The notes beneath the pieces are model-generated. The model searched no databases and had not been told where the DNA came from. It saw only the letters and a list, made by a program, of their open reading frames with translations. From contig QPMI01000061.1 of the NCBI GenBank assembly GCA_004431415.1, forward strand, positions 1-64,000: a stretch of DNA of 64,000 bases, given 5' to 3'. Source of the DNA: Cyanophora paradoxa CCMP329 (Eukaryota; Plantae; Glaucophyta). Positions 50,294 to 61,686 of the stretch are shown piece by piece. The stretch's first letter is position 1, and each line of letters begins with the position of its first letter. The position numbers were made by a program, and so were the translations under genes.

Positions 50294-53200
50294 ATGATGA
50301 TGGGAAACCGGCTGGCCCTCCTGGTGGCGGCTCTGCTGGCCGTCTCTGCGCTCGCAGCTGCCCAGATTGGTGCGAACCAACGGGCACAGCCTGCGGTCGA
50401 TGCTCACGCACGGCGAGCGCAGAGAATCTGCCTCCCAGCACAAGATGCACAGATGCGACTATCCAGCTTCCGGAGTCCTCGGCGAAACTCGTGTGCGAAG
50501 CCGTGGACGCGGATGGCTTCATCAGCACATACAGGCACGCCCGTTTAGCGCTTCGCTTTCTTTTTCCCGCTTCTTTGGTGAAACTGCGAACACGCCGCTC
50601 AAGCGCTAGACAGGTGGAATCAAGTCGGAGGGCCCGCGTCGACGTACCTTTCCTTCGCCCGGAATGAGGCGACGGTCACAGGCGTTAGGGCCGCTGGTCG
50701 ATATCAGGTACAGTTTACCCCGCCACTCGACGCTGCTCTTGAGATTGTGGCCGGTCTGACGGGACCGCGCCCTAGTTCGAGTTCGTTGCGATCGACAACT
50801 CGGGGGCGCGGTCGACAGCGGTCGCAACGCTAACCGCTGTTGATCGTACGCTGTCTCCAGACCCGCCCGCTTACGCCGCTACTCACGGTCGCCGCTTTGC
50901 AGCGAACGGGGCCCCAATGAACCAGCCCCGTGCGCTCTTTGCGTTACCGGCCGCCGCCGTCGCCTAATTAGCCTCCTCCTCTTTGCAGCGACGGTCTCGG
51001 TGGGCCAGGATCTCGTGATTCGGCTGCCGCAGAGCAGCGTGGAGCTCGTGGGCACGGCCTTCGACCCCGAGAACCGCCTCCGGTCAGCCTCGTGGCGAGA
51101 GGCGACCAGCCCGCGGCCGGCGACGCTCTCCTCCACGGTCAACGGGCGCGCCACGGCCTCGGGCCTCATCGCCGGCTCCTATGTTTTCGTGCGCCGGACC
51201 GATCTAGCACCGCCTGTGGCCAGCGCCACCGACGCGACGCGGCGCAGGCCTTCGAGGCTCTGGACGAGGAGGGCGAGGCGGCGTCGAAGCGCCTCTCCGT
51301 GACGGTCCTCCCGGCGCAGGAGGGCGAGCTGCAGGTCTCGGCCGGCCCCGGCGGCAGCGTCCGCATGCCGGCCGCCGGCGGCCTCGCGAGCGCCACGCTG
51401 TACGGCTCGTCGATCGGCTCGACGGGCGGCGTGGCGTGGCGGCAGCTGGCGGGCCCAGTGCAGGCGACGGTGGAGTCGCCGCAGAGCGCGGTGACCAACG
51501 TGAAGGACCTCAAGCAGGGCGTCTACGTCTTCGAGCTGCGCGCCCGCGACGCCAGCACCGGCCGCGAGGTTTCCTCCACCTGCAACCTCGTCGTCTTCGG
51601 CCGTGCGCCGCCGCCTCCCAGCGCCGCGCCCCCGGCCTGCCGCCCCTGACACGGCGCCGCAGCCGGGGAAGCGCCGGTGATCGACCTGGCGGGGACGTTC
51701 CGGGTGAAGATGCCGGCGGACAGCTTCACGCTGGCCGCCAGCGTGCGGGACCCAGACGGGACGGTCGCCTCGCGCCAGTGGGCCTTCCTCTCGGGCCCCG
51801 CGACGCCCACCGTGGAGGGCCGCGGCGACTCGGCGGACGTGCGCGGGCTCTCCCTCCCCGGGAGCTACGTCTTCAGCCTCACCGTGACGGACAACGACGG
51901 GCTCACCTCGACCGCCCGCACCACCCTCGCCGTCCTCCCCCGTGCGCCGGCCCCGGCCCGCGCGCGCCGGGGCCGGGGCGAGCGGGGGCGGCAGAGGACG
52001 CAGCGCCGACGGTGCAGCTGCTCGTGGCGCCGCGCATCGTGGTGGACCCGGCGGCCAACGGCACCGTCACCCTCGCGGCCCGCGCCTCCGACCCCAACGG
52101 CCGCCTCGCCGTCCGCCACCCGCCCCCGCCCCCGCCGCCGCAGTCACCCCGCCCCTCGCCGAAGGCGGGGCGCGCAGGGCTTCGTGTGGGAGCAGCTCTC
52201 GGGCCCCGAGCAGCTGCCGATGGCCGCGGCGGTGGAGGGCGGCGTGGCGCGGGCGACGCTGGCGGGCCCGATGGCCCCCGGCGACTACCTCTTCCAGGTC
52301 TCGGCCTCGGACGAGACGGGGCGGCGGGCGACGGAGGTGGTGACGGTGCAGGTGCTGCGCGAGAACCAGGCGCCGCTGCGGGCGCAGGACCGCATCCGCG
52401 CCGCCGTGAACCTGCCGGCGCGCGAGACGACGATCCAGGCCAAGTGCTACGACGAGGACGGCAGCGTCGTCAACTACTCCTGGCGCCAGGCGCGCCGGCC
52501 CTCGGACCCAGCGGCGGCGGCGGCAGCGCGGGGGCTGAGGCGGGCGGGCGGCAGGTGTCGGGCCCGAGCACGGCGACGATCGAGGCGCAGGGGGACGGCT
52601 CCTCGGCCAAGGTCTCGGGCCTCGTCGAGGGCGAGTACGCCCTCCTCGTCTCCTGCGTCGACGACCGCGGCGCCGCCGCCGCCACCCCCGTCACCCTCTC
52701 CGTCCTCCAGGGTCCGCCCCGCTCCCCTCCTTGCGACCTCCGCGCCCGGGCGTGACCGCCCCGCCGGCAGAGGCCCTCTTCCCGCCCCGCAAGCTCGCGT
52801 ACATCGTGACGTTGCCCATGCGGAGCGTGAACATCACGTACCCCGTGCCGAGCGGCTTCGGGACGCCGGGGTACGTCCGGTGGCGCTTCGTGAGCGGGCC
52901 GGAGGAGCGGGCGGCGAACTCGCAGAGCCTCGACCTGAACCTGGCGGACCTGGTGCCGGGGACGTACGTGTTTGAGATGTCGGCGGTGGACGAGCGGGGC
53001 CGGGCGGCCAAGGACACGGTCGCCGTCGTGGTGCAGGCGGACAGCGGCCCCCCCGTGGAGGCCCGCGTGGCGGACGGGCGCCTGCAGGCCCCGGCCGCGC
53101 GCCTCCCCCGGGACGCCTCCGACTTCATCGTCGTCCAGGCCGACGGCCCCGCCCGCCTCGACCCCGCCAGCCTCCGCGTCCGCCCGGGCAAGCCGGCCGC

Positions 53201-56200
53201 CTTCCTCGAGCTCGGCGCCCCCGAGGCGGCCGCCCCGGGCCTCTACTCCTTCCTCGTCGCCGCCTTCGCCCCGGACGGCTCGTACGACCAGGAGACGCTG
53301 CGCGTCAACGTCGCCGGCGCGCTCAAGGCGCCGACGCTGGAGGGGATGGCGGCGGAGCTGGCGGCGAGCGCGGCCAAGGGGGACGTCGGGCTGAGCACGC
53401 GGGGCGCCCGCGTGGACGCCCTCGGCGCCCGTGGGCCCTTCTCCTACTTCTGGGAGCAGCTCGCCGGGCCCCAGGGCGCCCGCCTCGTGGACGCCCACAC
53501 GGGCGAGGCGCGCCTCGAGGCGCCGCGCCCGGGCCTCTACCGCTTCCGCGTCACCGTGCGCGACGCCGACGGCAACTCCGACTCCCGCACCGTCACCCTC
53601 TACGTTCGCGGCTGTGCGCGCCCCCGCCCCGCCCGCCCTCTGCGGGGGAGGGGCGGGGGCTGACGGGGCGGGGCGGGGCGGGGCGCAGCGTTCCCGTGGG
53701 TCTCGCTCTTCACGGCGGTGGGGCTGGGCGTGGCCTTCGTGGGGGACGCCGTCTCCCCGGGCCCCGTCCTCTCCACCGCCGTCGCCGGCGTCTCCATGCA
53801 CGCCGCCCTCGTCCACGGCTCCGCGCACCTCGCCGCCCCCCCGGCCGCCCACAGCGAGTGGTTCGACTTCGCCCACTCGTTCGCCTGGGCCAACCTCCAC
53901 TTCCCGGCGCCCTGGGCCGGCATCCGGGCGGGGGACCCGCTCTCGCGGGCGGTGCACGCGCGGCGGCTGCAGGGCGTCGACGAGGCGAGCCTCGCCTCGG
54001 ACCTCACTGTCGAGGGCTACGCCCGCATCTACTTCGTGGGGACCTGCTTCTGGGCCCTCCTCGCCCTCCTCCTCGCCTTCGTCGCGCGCGTCGCGGGGCG
54101 CGCCCTGTACCCGCCCCTCGTGCGCGCCTGGCGGGGCCTCTCGGGGGAGCACGCCGGGGAGCCGGTGGAGCTCCCCGCCGGCCTCCACTTCCCCGCCCTC
54201 GAGCTCCGCGTCGCCGAGTTCGCCTTCTTCGGCGTCGCCCTCGCCGCCGTGCGGGCCCTCGCCGTGGGGGACGCCCTCGCGCTGCGCGTCTTCGCGGGGG
54301 CGGCGCTCGCCCTCTTCCCCGTCGCCTATCTCTTCCTCGCCCTCTCCACGTACGCCCGCGTCAAGCGCGAGGGCCACACCGAGCGCCGCCCCCGCTCCTA
54401 CCTCGCCATCCGCCTCGGCGGCCGCGCCTTCCGCGCCGCGGCGGAGGCCTCCTCCGCCCTCGGCGGCGCCTGGGGCGGCGCCGGCGCCCCGTCGCCCCCG
54501 ACGACGGCCCTGCTGCACTGCGCGGCGGGGCGGCCGGCGAACGAGCGGGACATCGCGCGCTGGTTCGTCAGCTGCCCGCCCCTCTTCGCCATCGGCACGA
54601 CGCGGCCGTCGCTGGGGCGGCCGGCGGCGCGCGCGGCCGCCGCCGGCCGCGAGAAGCTCCTCTCGGACGGGCCGCGCTCGGACGCCTGGGAGGAGGAGCA
54701 GGCCCCCGGGGCCGCCGCGGCCGCCTCGGACGCCTCGGCGCCGCTCCTCTGGGCCCTCCCCGGCGAGCTCCGCATCCTCAACATCTTCGCCCCGCTCTAC
54801 GTCTGGGGGCCCCGCCCCCGCGCGCCCCTCCCGTCGGCCCCGGGGGCGCCCCCTGCGGCGCCGCGGAACGGCCCCGGCTCGGACCCGTTCTACGCGTGCC
54901 TGGGCGGGCTCTACCGCTGCTACAAGCAGGTGGGGCAGGGGGCCGGACAGTACGGCCCCGCCCGCCTCCTCGCCCGCCTCGTCATCGCCGTCGTCCTCGG
55001 CGCCTTCCCCGCCATGTACCCCCCCGAGGGCCCCGCCCCCGCGGCCTTCCTGCCGCGGCTCCAGCTGGCGCTGCTCCTCGTGCCGGCGGCCTGGCTCGCC
55101 GTGCAGTGCGCCTTCACGCGGCCGTGCCTCCTCCCCTACGACAACCCCCTCGAGCTCATCTCCGCCGCCGCCGGCCTCGCGATCCCCGCCGCCGGCGCGA
55201 GCTACCTCGTCGGCGGCCCGCTGACGGCGGGGGCGGACGCGGCCGGCGGGCTGGTCACCTTTACGACCTTCGCCCTCGTCGTGCGCGTCATCCAGGCCGT
55301 CCTCGAGTCGGGCATCATCACCGCGGTGCGCCCCCCGTGCCTCCCCTCCCCGCGCCCCGCTCACGGCGCGCGCAGCTTGTGCTGCGGCCACTGGCGGCGC
55401 TGGTGGCGGGGCTCTCGCTGCTGCTGTGCGGCGGGGCCGGGATCAGCGCGGGGGAGCTGCACCTGACCCCCGAGGAGATGGCCGACTGCCACTACCTCGT
55501 CACCACCCACGTGCCCCCGCTCCGCCGCTCCTTCGACGTCTTCGCCGCCCCCGTGCCCCGCTCCCCGGGCTTCGCCCGCCGCTTCCTCGGCCACCCGGGG
55601 GAGATCTCGCGCGGCTTCGCGCTGTACCAGCCGGCGGGGGCGCCGCAGACGGTCTTCTGCCTGTACGACCCCGCCAAGGTCTCCCCCGAGGAGATCGCCG
55701 GCCTCGTGGACCGGGAGCTGCAGGGCCAGGGCACCTCGGAGGCCTTCCGCCCCCTCCACCGCGCCGCCGCCGAGGCCGTCGACTTCTCCTCCGCCCCCGC
55801 CCGCGAGGCCTCCCTCGGCCACCCCCGCGCCGGCTCCCCGGCCCTCATCTACCCCGCCGGCCAGCCCGGCTACGCGCAGCCGACCCTCGCCACGCCGGCC
55901 TACAGCGGCGCCCTCGCCTCGCCGGCGCGGGGCCCCGCCGAGCTCCAGGCCTCCACCTCGTACCGCGCGAGCAGCCGCGGCAAGCAGCGCCCGGGGGCCA
56001 GCCCCGGCCCCGCCGCCGCCGCCGAGGCGGCGAGCCGCGCCCTCTACAACTCGGGGCGCGTCCCGGGGGCGGCCTTCCCGACGGACCCGCGCCTGCTGCC
56101 GCGCTTCGGCACGCTGGAGGAGTACTTCAGGGCGCTGGGGAAGGGCGGGCGCGCCGGGACGTGGCGCGGGGCCCCCGCGCGCGTCTACGTGCAGGCCTTC

Positions 56201-58126
56201 GAGGGCCCGCTGCGCGCCGAGCACCTCGCTCCCGCGCGCATCGCGGCGACCCTCGACGCCGCCGTCTGCCAGGCCCGCACCGCCTCCCCGGGCTTCCTCC
56301 GCGTCTACGACTTCTTCGCCCTCGGCGCCCCCGACGCCCCCGCCGCCCTCGCCACCGTCGCCGAGCCCTACGGTCCGCCCCCGCCCGCCCGCCCCTCCCT
56401 CCTGTCGCCCGCGCCGCCTGAGCGGGGCGGGCAGACCTGGACCTGGAGACGTACATCCGTTTCGCCGGCTTCGGGGACAGCGCGCAGCGCCGCCACGAGG
56501 TCCTCCGCGGCGCCATCGCCCAGGCCCGCCCACCGCCTCCGCCCCGCCCCGCCGCCCCCGCCTGACGCCGCCTGCCCGCGCAGGTGCTCCTGGCGATGGA
56601 CGCGGCGGTCTCGGCGCGCTTCGAGGGCGGGGCGTTCGCCTCGCAGCGGATGCTGGGCGGCGCCGGGGACGACGGGCGCTCCCTCCAGTTCGTGCACGGG
56701 GACCTGCGCCCCTCCAACGTCGCCCTCCTCCTCTCCCGCCGCATGCGCGCCGAGCTCGCCGCCCAGCACGCCCGCGCCGGCGCCTCGCCCGCCCACTGGA
56801 AGCTCGGCAACAAGGCCTCGGCCGCCTTCCCGGGGGCGTACACGGCGCTGCACGGGCGGCCGCCGCCGACGGGGTCGACGCCGTACGGGCCCGTGGCGGC
56901 GCAGACGGGGCGGCTGGCGAGCCCCGCGGGCCTCGCGGACGGGGGCCCCGACGAGGCGGCGGACCTCGCGGCCGTGCTGCGGGCGGCGGAGGCCCAGGCC
57001 GAGCCCCTCGGCGCCGCCGCCCGCCGCTACCTCGTCTTCGTGCGGGGCCCGACGGGCCCGCAGCGCCACCGCGAGCCGCCCGGCGGCTCCTTCCTGGGCG
57101 CCACGGGCGGCTCGGGGACCCTCTACCGCCCCGGGCACCCGTACCCCTCGTCGCCGGGCGAGCCGGGCCTCCTGGGCCCCGCCGGCTCGACCCGCGCCCT
57201 GGGCGCCCTCGGCTCCGACCCCCGCGAGTGCTTCCTCGTCGACCTCGACACCGCGCCCCTCGCCAAGGCCCGCCCCCTCCCCCCTCCCCGCCCCCGCCCC
57301 CGCGCGCGGCGGCTGACAGGGCGCGCGCGCCGGGCAGATCATGAACATGAGCGCGGCCTCGTCGCGGGTGCTGGGGGCCGACGGGGCGCTGTCGGGGGAG
57401 ACGGTGCAGGGCCCCGAGGCGGCGCCGCGGCTGCCGCCGGCGGACGGGGCGCACGACCTGCGCACCTTCGCCTTCCACGCCTTCCACCTGCTCGCCGCCT
57501 GCGAGGACTCCTTCGGGCCCCTCGGGCCCGACCTCTACGACCTCCTCCGCTCCATGGGCGACCCGCCGGCCGCCGGCGCCCCCATGCCCCTCGAGCCGGC
57601 CCCGCGCCGCTTCCTCCGCCACCGCTTCTTCGACCCGCTCCGCCGCCCCGTCCCCGACTCGCTGCACGCCGCGACGCTCCCCGGGGGCGCCCTCCTCGGC
57701 TACGGCTCCGCCGCCTTCTTCGTGGAGCACGCCACCGACCGCCCGCTCCCGCCCACGCCGGCGCCGGCCGCGTCGCCCTCCTCGGGCAGCTTCTACGGGA
57801 TGGGCGGCGAGGGCGGCTCGGGGTCGGTGCCGCCGGTGCGCGCGGTGGCGACGTACCGGCGGGAGGCGCTGGCGGCGCTGGCGGGCAAGCGGGCGGCGGT
57901 GCGGGGCGAGGCGCTCTCCATCACGATGGGCCCCGAGGGCGAGACCACCAGCGTCCGCCGCATCGAGGGGCCCGCCTTCGCCCCCGCCGGGCCCCGCCCC
58001 GGCCCCGGCCTGCAGCAGCCCCTCCAGCCGCCCCCCGTGCAGCCCGAGCGCCCCTACTTCGCCGGCCCCGCCCCGCCCCCGCAGCCCGTCAAGAAGAAGA
58101 GCAAGATGGCTCGCTTCTTCGGCTGA
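50294..58126 (+). CDS. Large receptor-like protein: signal peptide, ~9 PKD/Ig-like (KIAA0319-type) repeats, multi-pass TRP/FLC-like membrane domain, C-terminal kinase-like (likely pseudokinase) domain
   Basis: Signal peptide MMMGNRLALLVAALLAVSALAAA; repeats of W(x)Q(L/V)(S/A)GP...G(x)Y(x)F(x)L(x)V(x)D(xx)G; TM block with FAWANL and LGGLYRCYK; kinase-like FLRVYDFF, DLETYI, FVHGDLRPSNV, AKIMNMS, HDLRTF; stop at 58126. Confidence 0.85.
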
Positions 58127-58408
58127 CCCCGTAAGCCCGAAGTCTCCAACAGATCCCGTATTTTAGTCGATCAGGTGTTTTTCTTATCTTGGTGTGCTCT
58201 CGGTTGTACTGTATCCAGAATGCAGGTATTTCTTTGACGCCGGCCACACGTGCACCGCATGCGCAAGACGGGAAACTTGAAACGCGCGCGCGCGCGTGTG
58301 CGGCGAAAGTGCAAGGGAGGGGGGGGGGATCGAGTTGTGGGATCTAGTGGGGTACAGAGCGAAAGCTCAAACCGGCTTCTCAGAGTCTAGATCTTCCGCA
58401 ACTTCAGA

Positions 58409-59524
58409 ATGGGCCGCACGAGCATCCCTGCCGTCGCCACCGCCCCGCATGTCCACGAGACGGCCACCGCCAAGGATGCCGCCGCCGCCGTCGACGTCGA
58501 CGCTCCGGACCTGAATTCGAACCTCATGGCCACCGTCGCGAAGGTCGCGGCGCGCGTTAGCGACGTGCTCGGCATTTCCACGGGTGGGCTGATTGTTTTC
58601 GCGCCCACATTCCGCTCGCGCGCCGTAGCCCGCCTGACTTCAGTTGGCGCAGAGCCCCGCGAAGCCGCTGAGCGGCGCGTCCTGCTGGAGGGCCTGAAGG
58701 AGCTCGCGGAAGACGGCGAGGCGCGCGAGCGCGCTCCCGCGTCCGCGCCGCCCGCCCGCTCCCTGCGCTTCCTAGAGGGCATCGCACACTTCGCAGTCGA
58801 CGTCAAGGAGACCGTACGCACGCGCCTGCGCACATTCCGTCCATTCTGGGCGAAACGGCTTACGGGGAGCTCGTCGCACGCAGTGGATGGAGGTCCCCGC
58901 CCTCGCTCGCGCTCGCCGCGCCGCGCGAGTGCGCTGCGCTGCGGCTGGGGCGCGACGCGCGCGCGCAGGTGCTGCCCGAGGACTGGGTCACACTCCGCCG
59001 CTTCGCGGATGACGTGCGGCCCGGGGGCACGCGCAGAATGCGGGGGCGAAACTGACGCGCCGCGCCGCGCCGTAAACCGAAGGCGTGCGAGACGATGCGG
59101 GAGTTCTGGGCTTGGACGGACGAGTGCTGGCACGACGCCGTCGAGGTGCGCGCTCGCCATGTCCCGACCGCGCGGCCTGTGCGATTGGCTCCGATGTCCT
59201 CTGGCAGGGCCTGGAGGTGCCGGCGGCCTTCTCGCGGGCGGGGGAGGAGTGGACGGAGGAGGACCTGATCGCCGCCCTTCTCTTCAACGCCTCCGTGCGG
59301 CTCCGCTTGCCGCCGCCTCCGCCCGGCCCGCGCGCCGAGCTGACGGGTCTCTCGGGCAGGTGCCCGAGCTGGGGCGGCTGGCGCTGCCGGCCAGCGTGCC
59401 GCTGGCGACGCTGCGCGGGGCGGTGGGCGAGGAGCGCCTGGCGCCGTTCGTGGCGCGCGGGGTGCTGCCGCCGGCGGAGCCCGCAGCCCCCGCGCCCCGC
59501 GACTTCGGCGAGATCGTCGCGTAA
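58409..59524 (+). CDS. Hypothetical protein (8 exons, including a 9-nt microexon)
   Basis: Consistent spliced frame ...VDVKET|WME|VLPEDWVTLRRFADD|ACETMREFWAWTDECWHDAVE|GLEVP...EIVA*. Confidence 0.65.
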   Translation: MGRTSIPAVATAPHVHETATAKDAAAAVDVDAPDLNSNLMATVAKVAARVSDVLGISTGGLIVFAPTFRSRAVARLTSVGAEPREAAERRVLLEGLKELAEDGEARERAPASAPPARSLRFLEGIAHFAVDVKETVRTRLRTFRPFWAKRLTGSSSHAVDGGPRPRSRSPRRASALRCGWGATRARRCCPRTGSHSAASRMTCGPGARAECGGETDAPRRAVNRRRARRCGSSGLGRTSAGTTPSRCALAMSRPRGLCDWLRCPLAGPGGAGGLLAGGGGVDGGGPDRRPSLQRLRAAPLAAASARPARRADGSLGQVPELGRLALPASVPLATLRGAVGEERLAPFVARGVLPPAEPAAPAPRDFGEIVA

Positions 59525-59967
59525 CTGAAAGGCGCCTCGCCTCCGCTCCGGCCCCTCCCGCAGAGCGCCCGCCGGCGTGGCGACTCGCGCCCTGCACATG
59601 CTTAGAAATGACGCGTTGACGGCCCACGAGCTCTGGCCCGTTGCAGCCTGGTTTAGGTCTCATAGCTACCTTCTTCGCATACTCTGCGAACGTTGTAACC
59701 TGTGAATTTGCGCATGCATTCGATCCCGTTGATCCCATCGTTCAAGACGAATTCGAAGGCACACTGGCCCCGCACGCCGAATCGATGGGCCCGGTTCGCG
59801 TGGGCCCGGCTCGCGCACGGGGCGTGAAGCGGCAGCGCTAGCGCGCGGAGTGCGCATGCATGCAGGCGGGTTGCAGGGAAGGGAGAAATTCGAAAAGGGA
59901 GGCCATATGGCGCAGTCATCATATGTACTTCTTAATTCTTTTAAAGAGGCGCTGGGGGACATCTCGC

Positions 59968-61372
59968 TCACATGAGGGAGCAGGCGCTGCTCTTCTTCTG
60001 GTCGCCGGCGGCGCCCGGGGCGGCGGGGTCGCGGGCGGTGGTGCCCGAGGCCTGCTTGACGTCGACGCCGAAGCTCCTGAGGCGGCTCTCGCAGTCGGCG
60101 AGCTTCGCCTGCACGGCCGCCATCTCCTTCGTCCGCCGCGCCAGCTCCCCCTTCGTCGGCTCCACCTGCCCCGCAGCCCCGCCCTGAGCCGCCCCGCCGG
60201 CCGCTTGGGGCGGGGCGGGGCGGGCAGGGGGGCGGGCACCTGCTCGGCGAGGGTGCGGGCCTCCTGCTTCCACTTGGTCGCGTCCCGCTCTGCCGCCTCC
60301 TGCCGCTCTCGGTTGTTGTCAGCGTTCCGGCGCAGAACTTGGTTCTCCATCTCGAGCTTCGCGCGCGCCCCCTCCGTCTCCACGTGCCTGGCGGGTCCGG
60401 GCTCGCCTGGGGCGGGGCGCGGGGGGCCGGGGGCGCGGGGGGCGAGGCCGCACTGCTGGTGCATCTTGGCGAGGGCCTCCTCGAGGGCGAGCGCGCGCGC
60501 AGCGTCCGCCGTCTTCGCCGGCCGGCGGCGCCCCGCGCGCAGCAGCAGCTCGCGCAGGCCGCCGGCGCCGGCCTCGAAGGCGGGGGAGCCGGGGGCGGGG
60601 AGCAGGTGGAGGGCGGCGGCGGGGAGGCCCTCGGGGAGCGCCGCCTCGAAGCCGGGGACGAGGGCGAGGGGCAGCACGAGCGGCGGCGGCTTGATCGCCT
60701 CCGCCGCCGCGACGAGCTCCTTCGCCTCGGCCGAGAGCTCGGCGCCGGGGCGCGCGAGCACGAGCAGCGCCGCGACTCGAGCGAGCGCCCCGTTCAGCAG
60801 CGCCCTGTACTCGTTCTCGCTCGCCATCTCGCCCTGCTCCGCTCGCAGCAGCGTCGCCACCCTGCGCCCCCGCCTCAGCGGCCCGCTAGCGCTCGCCCCG
60901 GCGGGGGGCGCACATGACGTCCTGGCGCAGGGCCTTGTCGATGGCGAGCGCCGTCCCACGATCCTCATCGTTATACACGATCGCTATCAGCGGCTTCGGG
61001 TCGGGCGGCGGGGGCGCGTCAGGGTCCTCGGAAGGCTTGGGCGCCGGCGCCGTCGCATCTCGCAAGTTCGCTGGGGAGCGCGTCAATGTGCGTCTTGAAG
61101 AAGGCTACCTCAGCTAAGCTCAGCTCGCGGGGCGGGGCTTAATGGGCGCCGGGTGCTGAGCTTGCATCTGCCAGCTCACCGCTAAACCTGTTCGGGTCCT
61201 CCGGTGGTGCGGGGGCGTCCTGGATAGCATCTGCTGGTGCATTTGCGGGAGCAGCCTCGGCCGCGTCCGGGTTCGGCTGTTCTTCTTTCGGGTCGTCGGC
61301 GGGGGCAGGCGCAGTTTCCTCCGCTGGAGCTTCCGGTGCTGCAGAAACAGCCGCTGCATCGCTTTCTGACAT
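59968..61372 (-). CDS. Acidic leader + TIR-like domain + coiled coil + CaaX protein
   Basis: MSESDAAAVSAAPEAPAEE...; LIAIVYNDEDRGTALAIDKALRQD (TIR betaA/alphaA-like); heptad-rich region; ends KKSSACSLM*. Confidence 0.7.
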
Positions 61373-61686
61373 CGCTGGGCTGGTTTGGTGAGTTTCAGAC
61401 CTTTGCACACGGGTATCGTGCACTGGATTGAAAAAAAGTCCGTTGCCTGCTGGCGCCGGCACGGCTGAGGCGCGGCTGGGATAGCGCTCTGGAGGTGAAG
61501 ATGTATCTCCAGCCTCGCTAACCGGCGCCGCCTTCAGCTGTGCGCGTTGTGTCCGCGCTCAGCCGACATGCGGAAACCATTGAGTGGTCTCAGCTGCCGC
61601 TGCTTAGGTTAAGCTGGGTAGCTCAGTGAGCGACGGAGGCTCGGTTGGGACCCTCTTGCTCCCGGAGCGGTCGACCGGGGCCCAGC

